A stretch of DNA of 31,406 nt from Tubiluchus corallicola (Eukaryota > Animalia > Priapulida). Numbering within the stretch: the stretch's first letter is position 1; each line of letters opens with the position of its first letter. The DNA is taken from NCBI GenBank assembly GCA_030141605.1, contig JAQGDQ010001638.1, positions 1 to 31,406 of the forward strand. The letters run 5' to 3'. The position numbers and the translations under genes were made by a program. A model generated the notes under the pieces. That model was not told where the DNA came from. It worked only from the letters and a program-made list of their open reading frames with translations, and made no database searches. Of the stretch, positions 1 through 11,902 are shown piece by piece.

Positions 1-125
1 GTTGTTGTTGTTGTTGTTATTTTAGCTGTTGCAGTTGTTGTTGTTTTAGCTGTTGCAACAGTTATCGCTGTTGTCGTCGTCGTCATTCTCATTGAAGCTG
101 CTTCTGTCGCTGTTGTTGTTGCTTC
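1..125. repeat. Degenerate (GTT/GCT/GTC)n low-complexity tract
   Basis: Runs of gttgttgtt/gctgtt/gtcgtc from the window start. Confidence 0.85.
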
Positions 126-758
126 TCTCTGCTATTATTCACTGATTGGACGGATTATAGCTGATGACGATGTAATAACGCATAGATTTTATGATTAGGT
201 TACTGCTATTTCACATCCCTATCATTCTGAGGATTCATTTTAAAGCAGTGATTGCATGCATGACAATGGTGATTGCTGTGACCTTCTAAAGTTCTTCACC
301 AAGGTCACGTGTTCGTTGCTTCCTAGCCAAACTTGATTATGACCAAAGTAAGCTTCAATGCCTCTACACCAGCCTTACAATGCCCTTGGTAATTTGAGAT
401 TTTATGTACAAAGGGAATTTTTATTATGTTAGTAACCCACGACTGCAGTTGCTTTCAAAACCAGGCTGGATGTAATTGACAAAGAAAGATGAACTAGATC
501 GTACCTGCCGGTATTCACCTACCGCACATCGCTGTCATTTAATTAAGACATCTTTAGACTAGCAGATGATTAAAGATAATTCATTAAATTGAAAGACTAA
601 ACCACACATTGCTCACCTCTTTTGCTTGCAAATTGTGATAGAACTTACCGAAATTCAATAGGTACAAATAACTTATCAATACTTTACTAATACGGTATTT
701 TGCTACAAAATTTATAGTTTCCTATATTAAACAGGTAAGAAAATCTTATTTAAAAGCA

Positions 759-1735
759 ATACGGTATTTTACTATTTACACTTTCCAAGACTCAATGGGT
801 GCGAATATCTTATTAGTAAAGGCAATTTATATTTGGCCTTTACCTATACGGTATTTTACTATTTATACTTTCCAAGATTCAATGGGTGCGAATATCTTAT
901 TAGTGAAGGCAATTTATATTTGGCCTTTACCTATACGGTATTTTACTATTTATACTTTCCAAGATTCAATGGGTGCGAATATCTTATTAGTGAAGGCAAT
1001 TTATATTTGGCCTTTACCTATACGGTATTTTACTATTTATACTTTCCAAGATTCAATGGGTGCGAATATCTTATTAGTGAAGGCAATTTATATTTGGCCT
1101 TTACCTATACGGTATTTTACTATTTATACTTTCCAAGATTCAATGGGTGCGAATATCTTATTAGTGAAGGCAATTTATATTGCCTTTACCTATACGGTAT
1201 TTTACTATTTATACTTTCCAAGATTCAATGGGTGCGAATATCTTATTAGTGAAGGCAATTTATATTTGGCCTTTACCTATACCGTATTTTACTATTTATA
1301 CTTTCCAAGATTCAATGGGTGCGAATATCTTATTAGTGAAGGCAATTTATATTTGGCCTTTACCTATACCGTATTTTACTATTTATACTTTCCAAGATTC
1401 AATGGGTGCGAATATCTTATTAGTGAAGGCAATTTATATTTGGCCTTTACCTATACCGTATTTTACTATTTATACTTTCCAAGATTCAATGGGTGCGAAT
1501 ATCTTATTAGTGAAGGCAATTTATATTTGGCCTTTACCTATACGGTATTTTACTATTTATACTTTCCAAGATTCAATGGGTGCGAATATCTTATTAGTAA
1601 AGGCAATTTATACTGCCTTTACCTATACGGTATTTTACTATTTATACTTTCCAAGATTCAATGGGTGCGAATATCTTATTAGTAAAGGCAATTTATATTT
1701 GGCCTTTACCTATAAGGTATTGTACTATTTATATT
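759..1735. repeat. 87-bp minisatellite, array 1 (~11 copies)
   Basis: Unit atacggtattttactatttatactttccaagattcaatgggtgcgaatatcttattagt(g/a)aaggcaatttatatttggcctttacct. It explains the 29-aa periodic ORFs 795..1682, 833..1249 and 1180..1737. Confidence 0.97.
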
Positions 1736-2016
1736 AAACATTGTTTGACTGCTGAACAAAAAACTGCTTATTTTTCTAACAATGATTGTAGATCAATTTA
1801 GATTTAGATTTAATATTTTATTTCAAACTTCACAAAGTTCATATACACATCACAAATTAATACAAATAATACAATAAATCAATGTACAAGTTGCTCCAAA
1901 AGTCTGATCATCTTACTGCTGTTAAAACATGCGTACGTCCATTAATCAACAGATGATTGCTGCTGTAAATGCAATTTGACCAGAATTTTTTCACCCTCGA
2001 GTCAATTTACTGAAAT
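1733..2016. repeat. 284-bp unique block, copy 1 of a local direct duplication
   Basis: attaaacattgtttgactg...gtcaatttactgaaat recurs at 2597-2880 (offset 864), with no difference seen by eye. Confidence 0.95.
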
Positions 2017-2598
2017 CTTATTAGTAAAGGTAATTTATACTTAGCCTTTACCTATACGGTATTTTACTATTTATACTTTCCAAGATTCAATGGGTGAGAA
2101 TATTTTATTAGTAAAGGCAATTTATACTTCGCCTTTACCTATACGGTATTTTACTATTTACACTTTCCAAGATTCAATGGCTGTGAATATCTTATTAGTA
2201 AAGGCAATTTATACATCGCCTTAACCTATACGGTATTTTACTATTTATACTTTCCAAGATTCAATGGGTGTGAATATCTTATTAGTAAAGGTAATTTATA
2301 CATCGCCTTTACCTATACGGTATTTTACTATTTACACTTTCCAAGATTCAATGTGTGTGAATATCTCATTAGTAAAGGCAATTTATACTTAGCCTTTACC
2401 TATACGGTATTTTACTATTTGTACTTTCCAAGATTCAATGGGTGCGAATATCTTATTAGTAAAGGCAATTTATACTGCGCCTTTACCTATACGGTATTTT
2501 ACTATTTATACTTTCCAAGATTCAATGGGTGCGAATATCTTATTAGTAAAGGCAATTTATATTTGGCCTTTACCTATAAGGTATTGTACTATTTATAT
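2013..2598. repeat. 87-bp minisatellite, array 2 (~6.7 copies, more diverged)
   Basis: Same unit as 759-1735 with more substitutions (atacttagcc, atacatcgcc, ggtgtgaa). Confidence 0.95.
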
Positions 2599-2880
2599 TA
2601 AACATTGTTTGACTGCTGAACAAAAAACTGCTTATTTTTCTAACAATGATTGTAGATCAATTTAGATTTAGATTTAATATTTTATTTCAAACTTCACAAA
2701 GTTCATATACACATCACAAATTAATACAAATAATACAATAAATCAATGTACAAGTTGCTCCAAAAGTCTGATCATCTTACTGCTGTTAAAACATGCGTAC
2801 GTCCATTAATCAACAGATGATTGCTGCTGTAAATGCAATTTGACCAGAATTTTTTCACCCTCGAGTCAATTTACTGAAAT
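2597..2880. repeat. 284-bp unique block, copy 2
   Basis: Matches 1733-2016. Confidence 0.95.
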
Positions 2881-3907
2881 TTATGGAAGTTCGTCCTCAA
2901 AATGCGAGACCGTACTTGACTTTGTAAGGTCACCCCGGGCAGCAGCAGAGATGGATGAAGTTTCAAGGGGACTTTCGCTTACCGGCTGATTCATGGTTTG
3001 TTCGGATAAGTGGTGGCTTCATATGGAGTGGTGGCTTCTTATGTAGTTTGAATTTAAATAACTGCTCAGGTACACCCGAGGCTGAACACGTTCAAACTTG
3101 TAAGTTGAATGTACGAAGCTGATTTATGTAGCGTTTCTGAATCGCTCGGATGGCAAACAACAAAGCAGCTCTCACACGATTTATTGCTGCAGAGATTCGG
3201 TTTGGCGAGTTAAGCTTGCAGATTTATTCAGCTAGCATTTCGCCAGTTGTGCAGATTGCCAAAGCTATATACTTCGCCAGTTGTACATTTCACCAGTGAT
3301 CCATAACGCTTTTAACATATAATTATAGTAATTAAATATAGTAATTAAACTTTGTGAGAAAAATGGTAAACTCTTGCACATTGAGAATTCCAAAGCTATG
3401 CTACTATGTAAATAACAGTCATTTAAAGATTATGTTTTAAGATACCTATTATAGCTCCTTACAACAGTGTATAATGTAATATAATTACAAGGAACTACAA
3501 TGTGTGGTTATTATAAAGTTGAATGTTTGTAGATATCTTAATTTACGAATATCGCATTACCTGTTTTACCTGTATATTTTTATATGAAATAAACTCATAA
3601 TAATAATAATAATTCGGCAGGGTGCTCTTCGCCAGTTTTTAATTTTGTCAGAGTACACTTCGTCACCTGTAAACATTGTCAGTGCACATTTTGCCAGCAA
3701 CAACAACAGCGCCAACAGCAGCAACAACACCAGCAGCAGCAACAGCAACAGCAAGTGCACATACTTATATACATTTTACAGTACTTCAGGAGGGGTAAGA
3801 TATGAAAAATCATCCGGTTTTGCTTTAATTACCGAGGCAAGAATGTTTGCCATTATCAGTTGTCACATATGTTGTTGTTTCTTTTATATTCAGCAGAGCT
3901 CTAAGTA

Positions 3908-4746
3908 CCCTAGTCTGTATGCTTGAACACGCCAGCAATCGGACTTCTCATCAATGGATCCGCCCTAGTCTGTATGCTTGAACACGCCAGCAATCGGACT
4001 TCTCATCAATGGATCCGCCCTAGTCTGTATGCTTGAACACGCCAGCAATCGGACTTCTCACGAATGGATCCGCCCTAGTCTGTGTGCTTCAACACGCCAG
4101 CAATCGGACTTCTCACTAATGGATCCGCCCTAGTCTGTATGCTTGAACACGCCAGCAATCGGACTTCTCGCGAATGGATCCGCCCTAGTCTGTATGCTTG
4201 AACACGCCAGCAATCGGACTTCTCACTAATGGATCCGCCCTAGTCTGTATGCTTGAACACGCCAGCAATCGGACTTCTCATGAATGGATCCGCCCTAGTC
4301 AGTGTGCTTGAACACGCCAGCAATCGGACTTCTCACTAATGGATCCGCCCTAGTCTGTATGCTTGAACACGCCAGCAATCGGACTTCTCATGAATGGATC
4401 CGCCCTAGTCAGTGTGCTTGAACACGCCAGCAATCGGACTTCTCACTAATGGATCCGCCCTAGTCTGTATGCTTGAACACGCCAGCAATCGGACTTCTCA
4501 TGAATGGATCCGCCCTAGTCAGTGTGCTTGAACACGCCAGCAATCGGACTTCTCACTAATGGATCCGCCCTAGTCTGTATGCTTGAACACGCAAGCAATC
4601 GGACTTCTCACTAATGGATCCGCCCTAGTCTGTGTGCTTGAACACGCCAGCAATCGGACTTCTCGAGAATGGATCAGCCCTAGTCTGCATGCTTGAACAC
4701 GCCAGCAATCGGACTTCTCACGAATGGATCCGCCCGCGCTAGTCTA
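3908..4746. repeat. 55-bp minisatellite (15 copies)
   Basis: Unit ccctagtctgtatgcttgaacacgccagcaatcggacttctcaNNaatggatccg, starting at 3908, 3963, 4018 and so on. Confidence 0.97.
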
Positions 4747-4980
4747 AATTTGTTTATGTGCTTAATAAACTGAACTAGACCGAAGGAAAATTTTCTTACC
4801 TCCGACCTTTTTGCATTATCTATAAGTTTTGCCTTAATAAAAACTGGCTTCATTCGCTGAGTGTCTACTGCATTTTACTGCCAGTACTTGCTGGCTTCTT
4901 AGAAAACAATTGGAAAACTCCCAGTCACTCTGCTTACAACTTTGACAGATCTTTGCTTGGAAAACTATAAACCTAACTAT

Positions 4981-5445
4981 TTAACCCTTTCAGTCCCACA
5001 TTATTTTTTTAATACGAAAAATTTTTTGGCTTGGTACTTTTGTTCAGTATGTCCATCTTGTTTACACATAATAATTATTTTTTTCTACCTGTGTCCGCGT
5101 GTTAAATATAACCTGTATCCCAAGGGATACATTGGGATTCAATGGAAGCATAAAATGTGCTTCATTTTGCAACTGCTGATAATTTTTTAAAGTATTTAAG
5201 ACATTTAGTATGTACGCTATGCTGATCTGTACAAAGTCGTCTCTAAAGTACTGTACCTTGCGCAGTTTTTATGCTATGTAGATTTTCTAGTTTGCCATTT
5301 TATCACCATTTTAGTCTATTGTTTTTGGCTTAAATCAAAATAACTATTAACAGATCAAATAACTGTCAGTTTTAAAATTTTATTAATTTTAAAAGCAGAA
5401 GATATTCTCGTATCCCACGGGATACAACGAGTATGAAAGGGTTAA
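4981..5445 (+). mobile_element. Non-autonomous piggyBac-like MITE (family A, copy 1)
   Basis: TTAA|CCCTTTCA...TGAAAGGG|TTAA ends. Two internal gtatcccNNgggatac palindromes. A full-length inverted copy lies at 9312-9769. Strand is arbitrary. Confidence 0.85.
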
Positions 5446-6108
5446 AAAGAAATGTACAAGTAACATAATTCAGTAAGTTGTTTTCGTTGTAATGCTGTGC
5501 TATAATTACAATTTTAGCCCTCCCACCCCTTTTATAACGTATTTTAGTGGGTGTTGTAAATCATTCGTGAGCGTACAGTAATTTTGTTTATGGACCGCTC
5601 CTCCAAACGAAATATTTCTTGCTCAATTCATTCAAGATTCCGCGTTTACTGTCTGTTAGCTAAGAGAGATTTTTCTGAATTGTGTATATATTTTTACAGA
5701 ATTAAGATCTAGGATGAGCGCTTAGTAACCCTCTTTACAGCTGAATAGGTTCATTAATGCAATCTACTCTCTCCTGTGGTTAAACTTTTAGACGTTTAGT
5801 TCTTTTTTGTTCTTTTTTCTTTTCCCTCCTTTCCTGGATTTCTTCTTCGGACCTTTTTCATTCTGGTTACCACATTTCCATTCTATTTTATTCTATTCTA
5901 GTTTATTTCCTTTCTTGTACTTGCTGCTGCTTTTTTATGTGATCATAGAAATAAAGTATTTGTGTTAGTTTACTTGTAGACTTAATGGACATCAAATCCT
6001 CAGTTTTAAGAAAAATGTTTGCTTGTCTTGGGGTCCTAAAGGGTCTTGGAAAATTTCTCTTGGAGACCCTGCTAATCGTTGTTTGTTGGAATTTTTACTA
6101 GCCCCAGT

Positions 6109-6366
6109 ATCATCATCATCATCATCATACGTCCGTCACATCTATTGTAGACATTGGGCAGGCAGAATTCTAAAATAAAAGAAATCTGCCTTCATCATCA
6201 TCATCATCATCATCATACGTCCGTCACATCTATTGTAGACATTGGGCAGGCAGAATTCTAAAATAAAAGAAATCTGCCTTCATCATCATCATCATCGTCA
6301 TCATACGTCCGTCACATCTATTGTAGACATTGGGCAGGCAGAATTCTAAAATAAAAGAAATCTGCC

Positions 6367-6398
<32 letters not shown>

Positions 6399-6466
6399 AT
6401 ACGCCTGTCACGTCTACTGTAGACATTGGACAGGCAGAATTCTAAAATAAAAGAAATCTGCCTTCA
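6109..6466. repeat. Four tandem ~85-95 bp units, each (CAT)n plus a hairpin-containing segment
   Basis: Unit (cat)n-acgtccgtcacatctattgtagacattgggcaggcagaattctaaaataaaagaaatctgcctt. The (CAT)n length varies between copies. Confidence 0.92.
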
Positions 6467-6580
6467 GACAGGTAAACGCAGCAGTAATCCAGCAAAAAAA
6501 CTAGACACTGCTACGCCAGTGGTTTGTCAGCACCACTTCCGTTCCACAGCCCCAATAAACAATAAACACATCCCGACTAG

Positions 6581-6862
6581 CCTTTCATCCTCCGTGGACA
6601 CCTCAATGCGGGAAATCTTCGCGATTGCTTTGAATTGTTGATTTTTCATTTCCGCGCGACCATTCTGCGGATCGAAGTCATTCCGTCGGACACAATTGAA
6701 CAGATTAAACAATCAGTCCAACACTCCTCCAAGCTACGTGCCTTGCGATGCATATTGCATTTGTTGCGAGGAAGAAGTCAATGGGAAGCTGAGAAGCCAG
6801 CGAGATCTAATCCTGAACGAAGAAGCCATAACAATAGGCGCAGAAATGCAAAGATAGCGTGA
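6581..6862 (+). pseudogene. Degenerate ubiquitin-like (Ubl) coding segment, status uncertain
   Basis: Stop-free frame containing FELLIFHFRATILRIEVIPSDTIEQIKQSVQ (6629-6721). It aligns without gaps to ubiquitin 1-31 ([31 protein letters not shown]), with 10/17 identities in the core. No ATG and no C-terminal GG. Confidence 0.45.
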
Positions 6863-7022
6863 AAATTTTAATAATTTTCGGGGAAATACAATCAGTGAAT
6901 GTACATGATCCCATCAAGACCTGCTGGCTCGCATGGAATTCATTAAATACGTTTTCTGCTTTGATTAAATAAAAGTCCAAGGTCATATCAGCTTTGCAAA
7001 GTTCTGTATGTACAAGATGTTT

Positions 7023-8202
7023 ATAAAGGAAAAGTCAAGTCTTCTGGAAATCTAGGCTTATTTCAGTCTTCGCGAAAAATGTTAGAAGGATTTAGTAATG
7101 AAACTGCAATAAGCGCCTCGTGCTAGTAAAATCACTTTAAAGTCACAATCACTTCATGCTTGGACGCTTGTATTGGAAATCTTGCATTAGCGGTCGGCTT
7201 TGGCCACCTTGTGGCGATTTTTGGCCTAATCACGTGATCAATTTGATCTGGGTCAGAGGCCTACTGTTTCCAATTGCTCATGATTTGGGGCTGATAACGT
7301 ATGTATATTCTCTAATTACTTAAAAAAAACTTAAATTTAGTTTAAAATAACAGCTAAGTATTAATTAATACGACAGTGCAGTGTAGAACTCTTTTAAGAT
7401 AATTACGTAAAATTGACTTTTGGGTATTATTATTTTTTGTTATTTTTTGGCACTGATTTCTTGTTATGTTTAGATGGAATGACATGTTTCGGGTAACAAA
7501 GAGCAAAGAAAGAGTCAAATTTAATCGAGGCTTCGAATTTCTATTTGGGTTTTGAAAGCTCAAACAGCGCTGCCATTTTGAATGCCCATTGTTCTCTCAA
7601 TGACGTCATTCGTCTTGAAGAAACGTAGCGCAAAGTAGAAAAAGTCGTTTTTCTTCAAAAGTATCATCAGTTTTTACAAAGTAATCAAATAGCTAATTAT
7701 GTAATATTTTTGCCTGAACATAAAGCAAGTTGCAGAAATTTGAATTAGTTTAAGCAGCGCGCGCTTACGGAAAGCCACGATGCGCTTACGAAAAGTTACG
7801 AAGTTTCCCAGTTACGTCACAATTTTCAATGTGAATGGCGACGACCAGCACGCCTGAAAATTTCTATTCAGAGGTAGCATATTTTAAATTTGTGCTTTAT
7901 AGACATTTTTTGCAAATTTCTTGGTTATATTTTGAGTGATAACAGTAAAATAAACCCAACATGCTGAGTGGTTTGTTCTTTCCTTTAGCACACCACAAAC
8001 AGTTTAAGTGATAACAGTAAAATAACCCCAACATACTGAGTGGCTTGTTCTTTCCTTTAGCACACCACAAACAGTTTAAGTGATAACAGTAAAACAAACC
8101 CAACATACTGAGTGACTCGTTCTTTCCTTTAGCACACCACAAACAGTTTAAGTGGGCAATAAAATAAACCCAACATAGTGAGCGACTTGTTCTTTCCTTA
8201 AA
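7023..8202. mobile_element. Possible old Kolobok-like non-autonomous element
   Basis: Imperfect terminal inverted match: aggaaaagtcaagtc versus the reverse complement of the right end, aggaaagaacaagtc (12/15), with degenerate TTAA-like flanks. No second copy in the window. Confidence 0.3.
7934..8202. repeat. 72-bp minisatellite (~3.7 copies)
   Basis: Units start at 7936, 8008, 8080 and 8152. This explains the 24-aa periodic ORF 7897..8217. Confidence 0.93.
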
Positions 8203-8282
8203 GCTTCGAGTCAACAATCATTTTCAATTCTATGAATCAAGCCAGAAAGGAATAATTACGTAATACATTTGATACTGCAATA

Positions 8283-8805
8283 TTAAAGGAAAACCGGACG
8301 ATTGTTTAGACTCAATCTCATTTTAATTTGCTGTCCAAAATATACATTTTCTTGCCTAAAAGTTAGCAATTGTTTCTTATATTTGAATAATTAGCTTAGA
8401 AAGGTAATTAACGGTAACCGAACACAGCTGCTGCTTACGTCAGAAACTAACCACGGTTTGTGCAGTGGTAGAAATCTTCCCTTGAGCGTCAAGCCCGTTT
8501 GCGTAAGTGTTACTGCTTAAACGCGTGCTGTCACGAAAATGGAGTCTATGTCACATGACGTCATGAAATTAACACAGCAGTTCATGATCATGGTTATCAC
8601 GGTACCGCCTTCTATTTGTTGGCCACGCAAATGTGACAAAAAGGCGCCGTTGCCAATCTTAGTAGATTCACTGAGCCGCGCGTAGCTTTGAAAGTTTAAT
8701 GAAATTTGAGTATCCGAGGTAATTATTATTTAATCTGAGCTTTGATGTAAAAAAAGTTATTGTAGTTTTCAATATTTTAGAGCATTCTTTATTCTGAACT
8801 AATGT
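8283..8805 (-). mobile_element. Kolobok-like MITE (family B), one terminus missing
   Basis: Starts TTAA|AGGAAAACCGGACGATTGTTTAGAC and is the reverse complement of 10813-11349 up to ...aactaatgt. The second TIR is replaced by tandem sub-repeats (~8740-8926). Confidence 0.8.
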
Positions 8806-9311
8806 AATCTAAGCTTTTGTAGTTTTCAATATTTTAGAGCATTCTTTATTCTGAATTAAAGCTTTGACTTAAAAAAGCTTTTGTAGTTTTCAATATTTTA
8901 GAGCTTTCTTTATTCTGAGTTAAAGCTATAACCCGAACTCTTACGTATCTTGAATAGCTCTGATGGAACGGATTGTCCCTTTCGGTTTTACTTTGCCCAA
9001 ATATCGGATAACTCCAAATCTATGAATCGAATTATTGCGCAACTCAAACCGAATTCCCGGTACAATTTATAAGAATCTTACTGAAATTACGCGCCTATGT
9101 CGAACAACCTCCCAAGTGGGAAATCCTGTGCGAAAGTGTGCACCGCCATTACGATTTCAACTGCTAGAAATTTCACAAATGCAGGTGTTCGTGTCCACTT
9201 AACTAATGAATGGCGAAATGCACGTAACAGCGAAGAACTAGGTTACGAAATTACGTTTCTGTGGTAACAATTCTTACACAAATGCCATTCCCAAAAAAGG
9301 GTGTGTTTCCT

Positions 9312-9769
9312 TTAACCCTTTCATACCCGTTGTATCCCGTGGGATACGAGAATATTTTCTGCCTTAAAAATTAATAAAATTTTAAAACTGACAGTTATTT
9401 GATCTGTTAATAGTTATTTTGATTTAAGCAAATAACAATAGACTAAAAATGGTGATAAAATGGCAAACTAGAAAATCTACATAGCATAAAAAACTGCGCA
9501 AGGTACAGTACTTTAGAGACGACTTTGTACAGATCAGCATAGCGTGCATACTAAATGTCTTAAATACTTTAAAAAAATTATCAGCAGTTGCAAAATGAAG
9601 CACATTTTATGCTTCCTTTGAATCCCAATGTATCCCGTGGGATACAGGCTATATTTAGCACGCGTGCACAGGTAGAAAAAGATAATTATTATGTGTAAAC
9701 ATAATGAACAAAAGTACCAAGCCAAAAATTTTTTTCTTATTAAAAATAATTTGGGACTGAAGGGGTTAA
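9312..9769 (-). mobile_element. piggyBac-like MITE (family A, copy 2, inverted)
   Basis: TTAA|CCCTTTCA...TGAAGGGG|TTAA. Reverse complement of 4981-5445; ORFs 4942..5190 and 9534..9725 are mirror translations. Confidence 0.85.
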
Positions 9770-10063
9770 ATATTTTATAGGACAGATTATTTTGAGTCTA
9801 AGATTGGGTACGGTTCTCTTTCTACTGCAGAATGGCCACCACATTAGATGGCCGTCCTACTTCACATTACATCTGCAATGAGCATTGTAATCAATAATTA
9901 TCACCACACCACTAATTTAATTCATCACTTATCAATGCGTTGGCTAATGTTTGTCCAGCGTCTGTTCAACCAGAGATATCTTAACTGGAATGTTAGTAAT
10001 GTGACTAAAGGAAAGCCGGATCAATCTTAAACTTGGCTTACAACAGTCCAGCCTACAAAGTAC

Positions 10064-10606
10064 TCAAAGAGAACATGCTATTTCTTCGAGAATGATTTGG
10101 GTGAAAGAATTATTGCCATAGAAACATAATTTCACTTTTCACTAGTTGTTCATTGTTATATTCGTACATGCATCACGCCATTTGCTAGTTAAATGGGCAC
10201 TAGCGCCTGTATTTCGGAAACGCGTTGCACAAAAAAACACGTGCACAAAAAAAACGGTGTTCAGTTGTGACGTAGTGCTCACGTTCTTGAGCCCATGCGT
10301 TATCACAACAAATTTGAAATTTGAATTTTGAACTTAAAATTCACCGAGCTTTTGTACATCGCAATGAATGTTGTAGATTAACATTGTACTTCAATTATGG
10401 TTTTTGCAAACACGTGCAACATGCTCCTGGAATGTTTGTGCTATCGAAAATTACGTTAATTTGTGATGTCATCAGTAGTTTGGCTCACCCGCTTTTTTAA
10501 TTATTTAATTACCGGAGACGTTTTGTGTCTTGTGTCTTAAAATGTACTTTAAGGGTTTTACTTCAAAATGGGGTAGGATATGAAAAGACACCCAGTTTTG
10601 CTTGAA
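10064..10606 (+). mobile_element. Old dispersed repeat, probable Kolobok-like MITE (family C, copy 1)
   Basis: Colinear with 20200-20716, for example atttcggaaacgc(g/a)ttgcacaaaaa, aaatttgaaatttgaatttt and gcaaacacgtgcaaca(t/c)gctcctggaat. Confidence 0.7.
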
Positions 10607-10812
10607 GCCAGGTTACCCTAACCAGTAACCACTTAGGATTATCTAACACTTTGAAGGCAAATCTGATCAGATGAACTCATTAAGTCGATATTCTAATGAG
10701 AAATGCACAGTGTCTGAATAATTTGTCGCTCACAATTCGAAAATTAGCAGATTGCAGTGGGCGTGGCAGGAGCAGTGGCTTCATTTTAGTACCCACTGGG
10801 CCACTGTATTGT

Positions 10813-11349
10813 TTAAAGAAAAACCGGATGATTGTGTAAACATTAGTTGAGAGTAAAGAATGCTCTAAAATATTGAAAACTACAATAGCTTTGTTAAAAT
10901 CAAAGCTTAGATTAAATAATAATTACCTCGGATCTCAAATTTTGCTAAACCATTAAAGCTACGCGCGACTCAGTGAATCTACTAAGATTAGCAGCGGTGC
11001 CCTTTTGTCACGTTCGCGTGGCTGACAAATAGAAGGCGGTACCGTGATAACCATGATCATGAATTGCAATGTTAGTTTCCGACGTCATATGATGTAGAGC
11101 CCATATTTCGTGACATCATGCATTTAAAATGTACTGTAACACCAATGCAAATGTGTTTGATTTCGCATGGGAAGACGCCTGCCATTGCACAAACTGTGGT
11201 TAGTTTCAGACGTAAGCAATAGCTGTGTTCTGTTGCCGTTAATTAACTTTCTAAGCTAATTATTCAAATATAAGGAACAATTGTTAACATTTATATGCAA
11301 GAAAATGTATATTTTGGACAGTCTAAACAATCGTCCGGTCTTCCTTTAA
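10813..11349 (+). mobile_element. Complete Kolobok-like MITE (family B)
   Basis: TTAA at both ends. ~25-bp imperfect TIRs agaaaaaccggatgattgtgtaaac / gtctaaacaatcgtccggtcttcct. AG..CT termini with TTAA are typical of Kolobok/T2-type MITEs. Confidence 0.85.
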
Positions 11350-11533
11350 TGATTTTAATCAGGTACGCGCGAGTGTGATCAAAACTAAAATGTGAGCATG
11401 AGACATTATACATAGAATACGTTGTTATGCTTATTCTGCATTAGTTAGTAATATACTATTTTTAGAAGTTTTGTCTCTCTGATACTACTACTCACATATT
11501 TAGAGCAAACCTATTTTGTAAGTACAGATTTAC

Positions 11534-11862
11534 GGCGCGTTCAGACTAGCGAGTTTTGTCGCCAAGTTACTCGCCAAGTAACTCGTAAGTGTGTTCAGAC
11601 TAGAGAGCAAAACTTGTTGCGAGTTACTCTGTAACAGTAAGCACGAGCTGATACTCACTTCTCTATTAACTGTGAGAAATGTTGAGGGTAACTCACAGAG
11701 TAACTCGCAAGTGTGTTCAGACTAGAGAGCAAAGCTTGCTGCGAGTTACTCTCTAACAGTAAGCATGAGCTGATACTCACTTTTCTATTAACTGTGAGAA
11801 ATGTTGAGGGTAACTCACAGAGTAACTCACAAGCATGTTCTGACTAGGGAGCAAAACTTGTT
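11534..11862. repeat. 122-bp tandem repeat (~2.3 copies) with an internal 16-bp inverted repeat, probably MITE-derived
   Basis: gtgttcagactag at 11591, 11713 and (diverged) 11835. ttgcgagttactctgt (11617-11632) pairs perfectly with acagagtaactcgcaa (11695-11710). Confidence 0.85.
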
Positions 11863-11902
11863 ATTGTGGGCTTATGCTTAGATCTATCTAGTTACGTGCC
11901 TG

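Noticed and set aside
430-660. Possible minus-strand micro-exons (RCAVGEYRQ / PGFESNCSR)
   Set aside because: Splice-like signals exist, but the pieces are tiny, need a 39-nt intron and do not join into a recognisable protein.
795-1737. Long ORFs of 138-295 aa
   Set aside because: Translations of the 87-bp tandem unit, open in several frames with frameshifts between units and no protein-like features.
3908-4746. CRISPR-like regular array
   Set aside because: Head-to-tail repeats with no unique spacers and no cas genes, in a eukaryotic context. The same applies to all other arrays.
9930-10060. Minus-strand 57-nt intron-like segment (gtaagc...ctaac...ttccag)
   Set aside because: Flanking exons give only short frames ending in stops, and the upstream side runs into a MITE.
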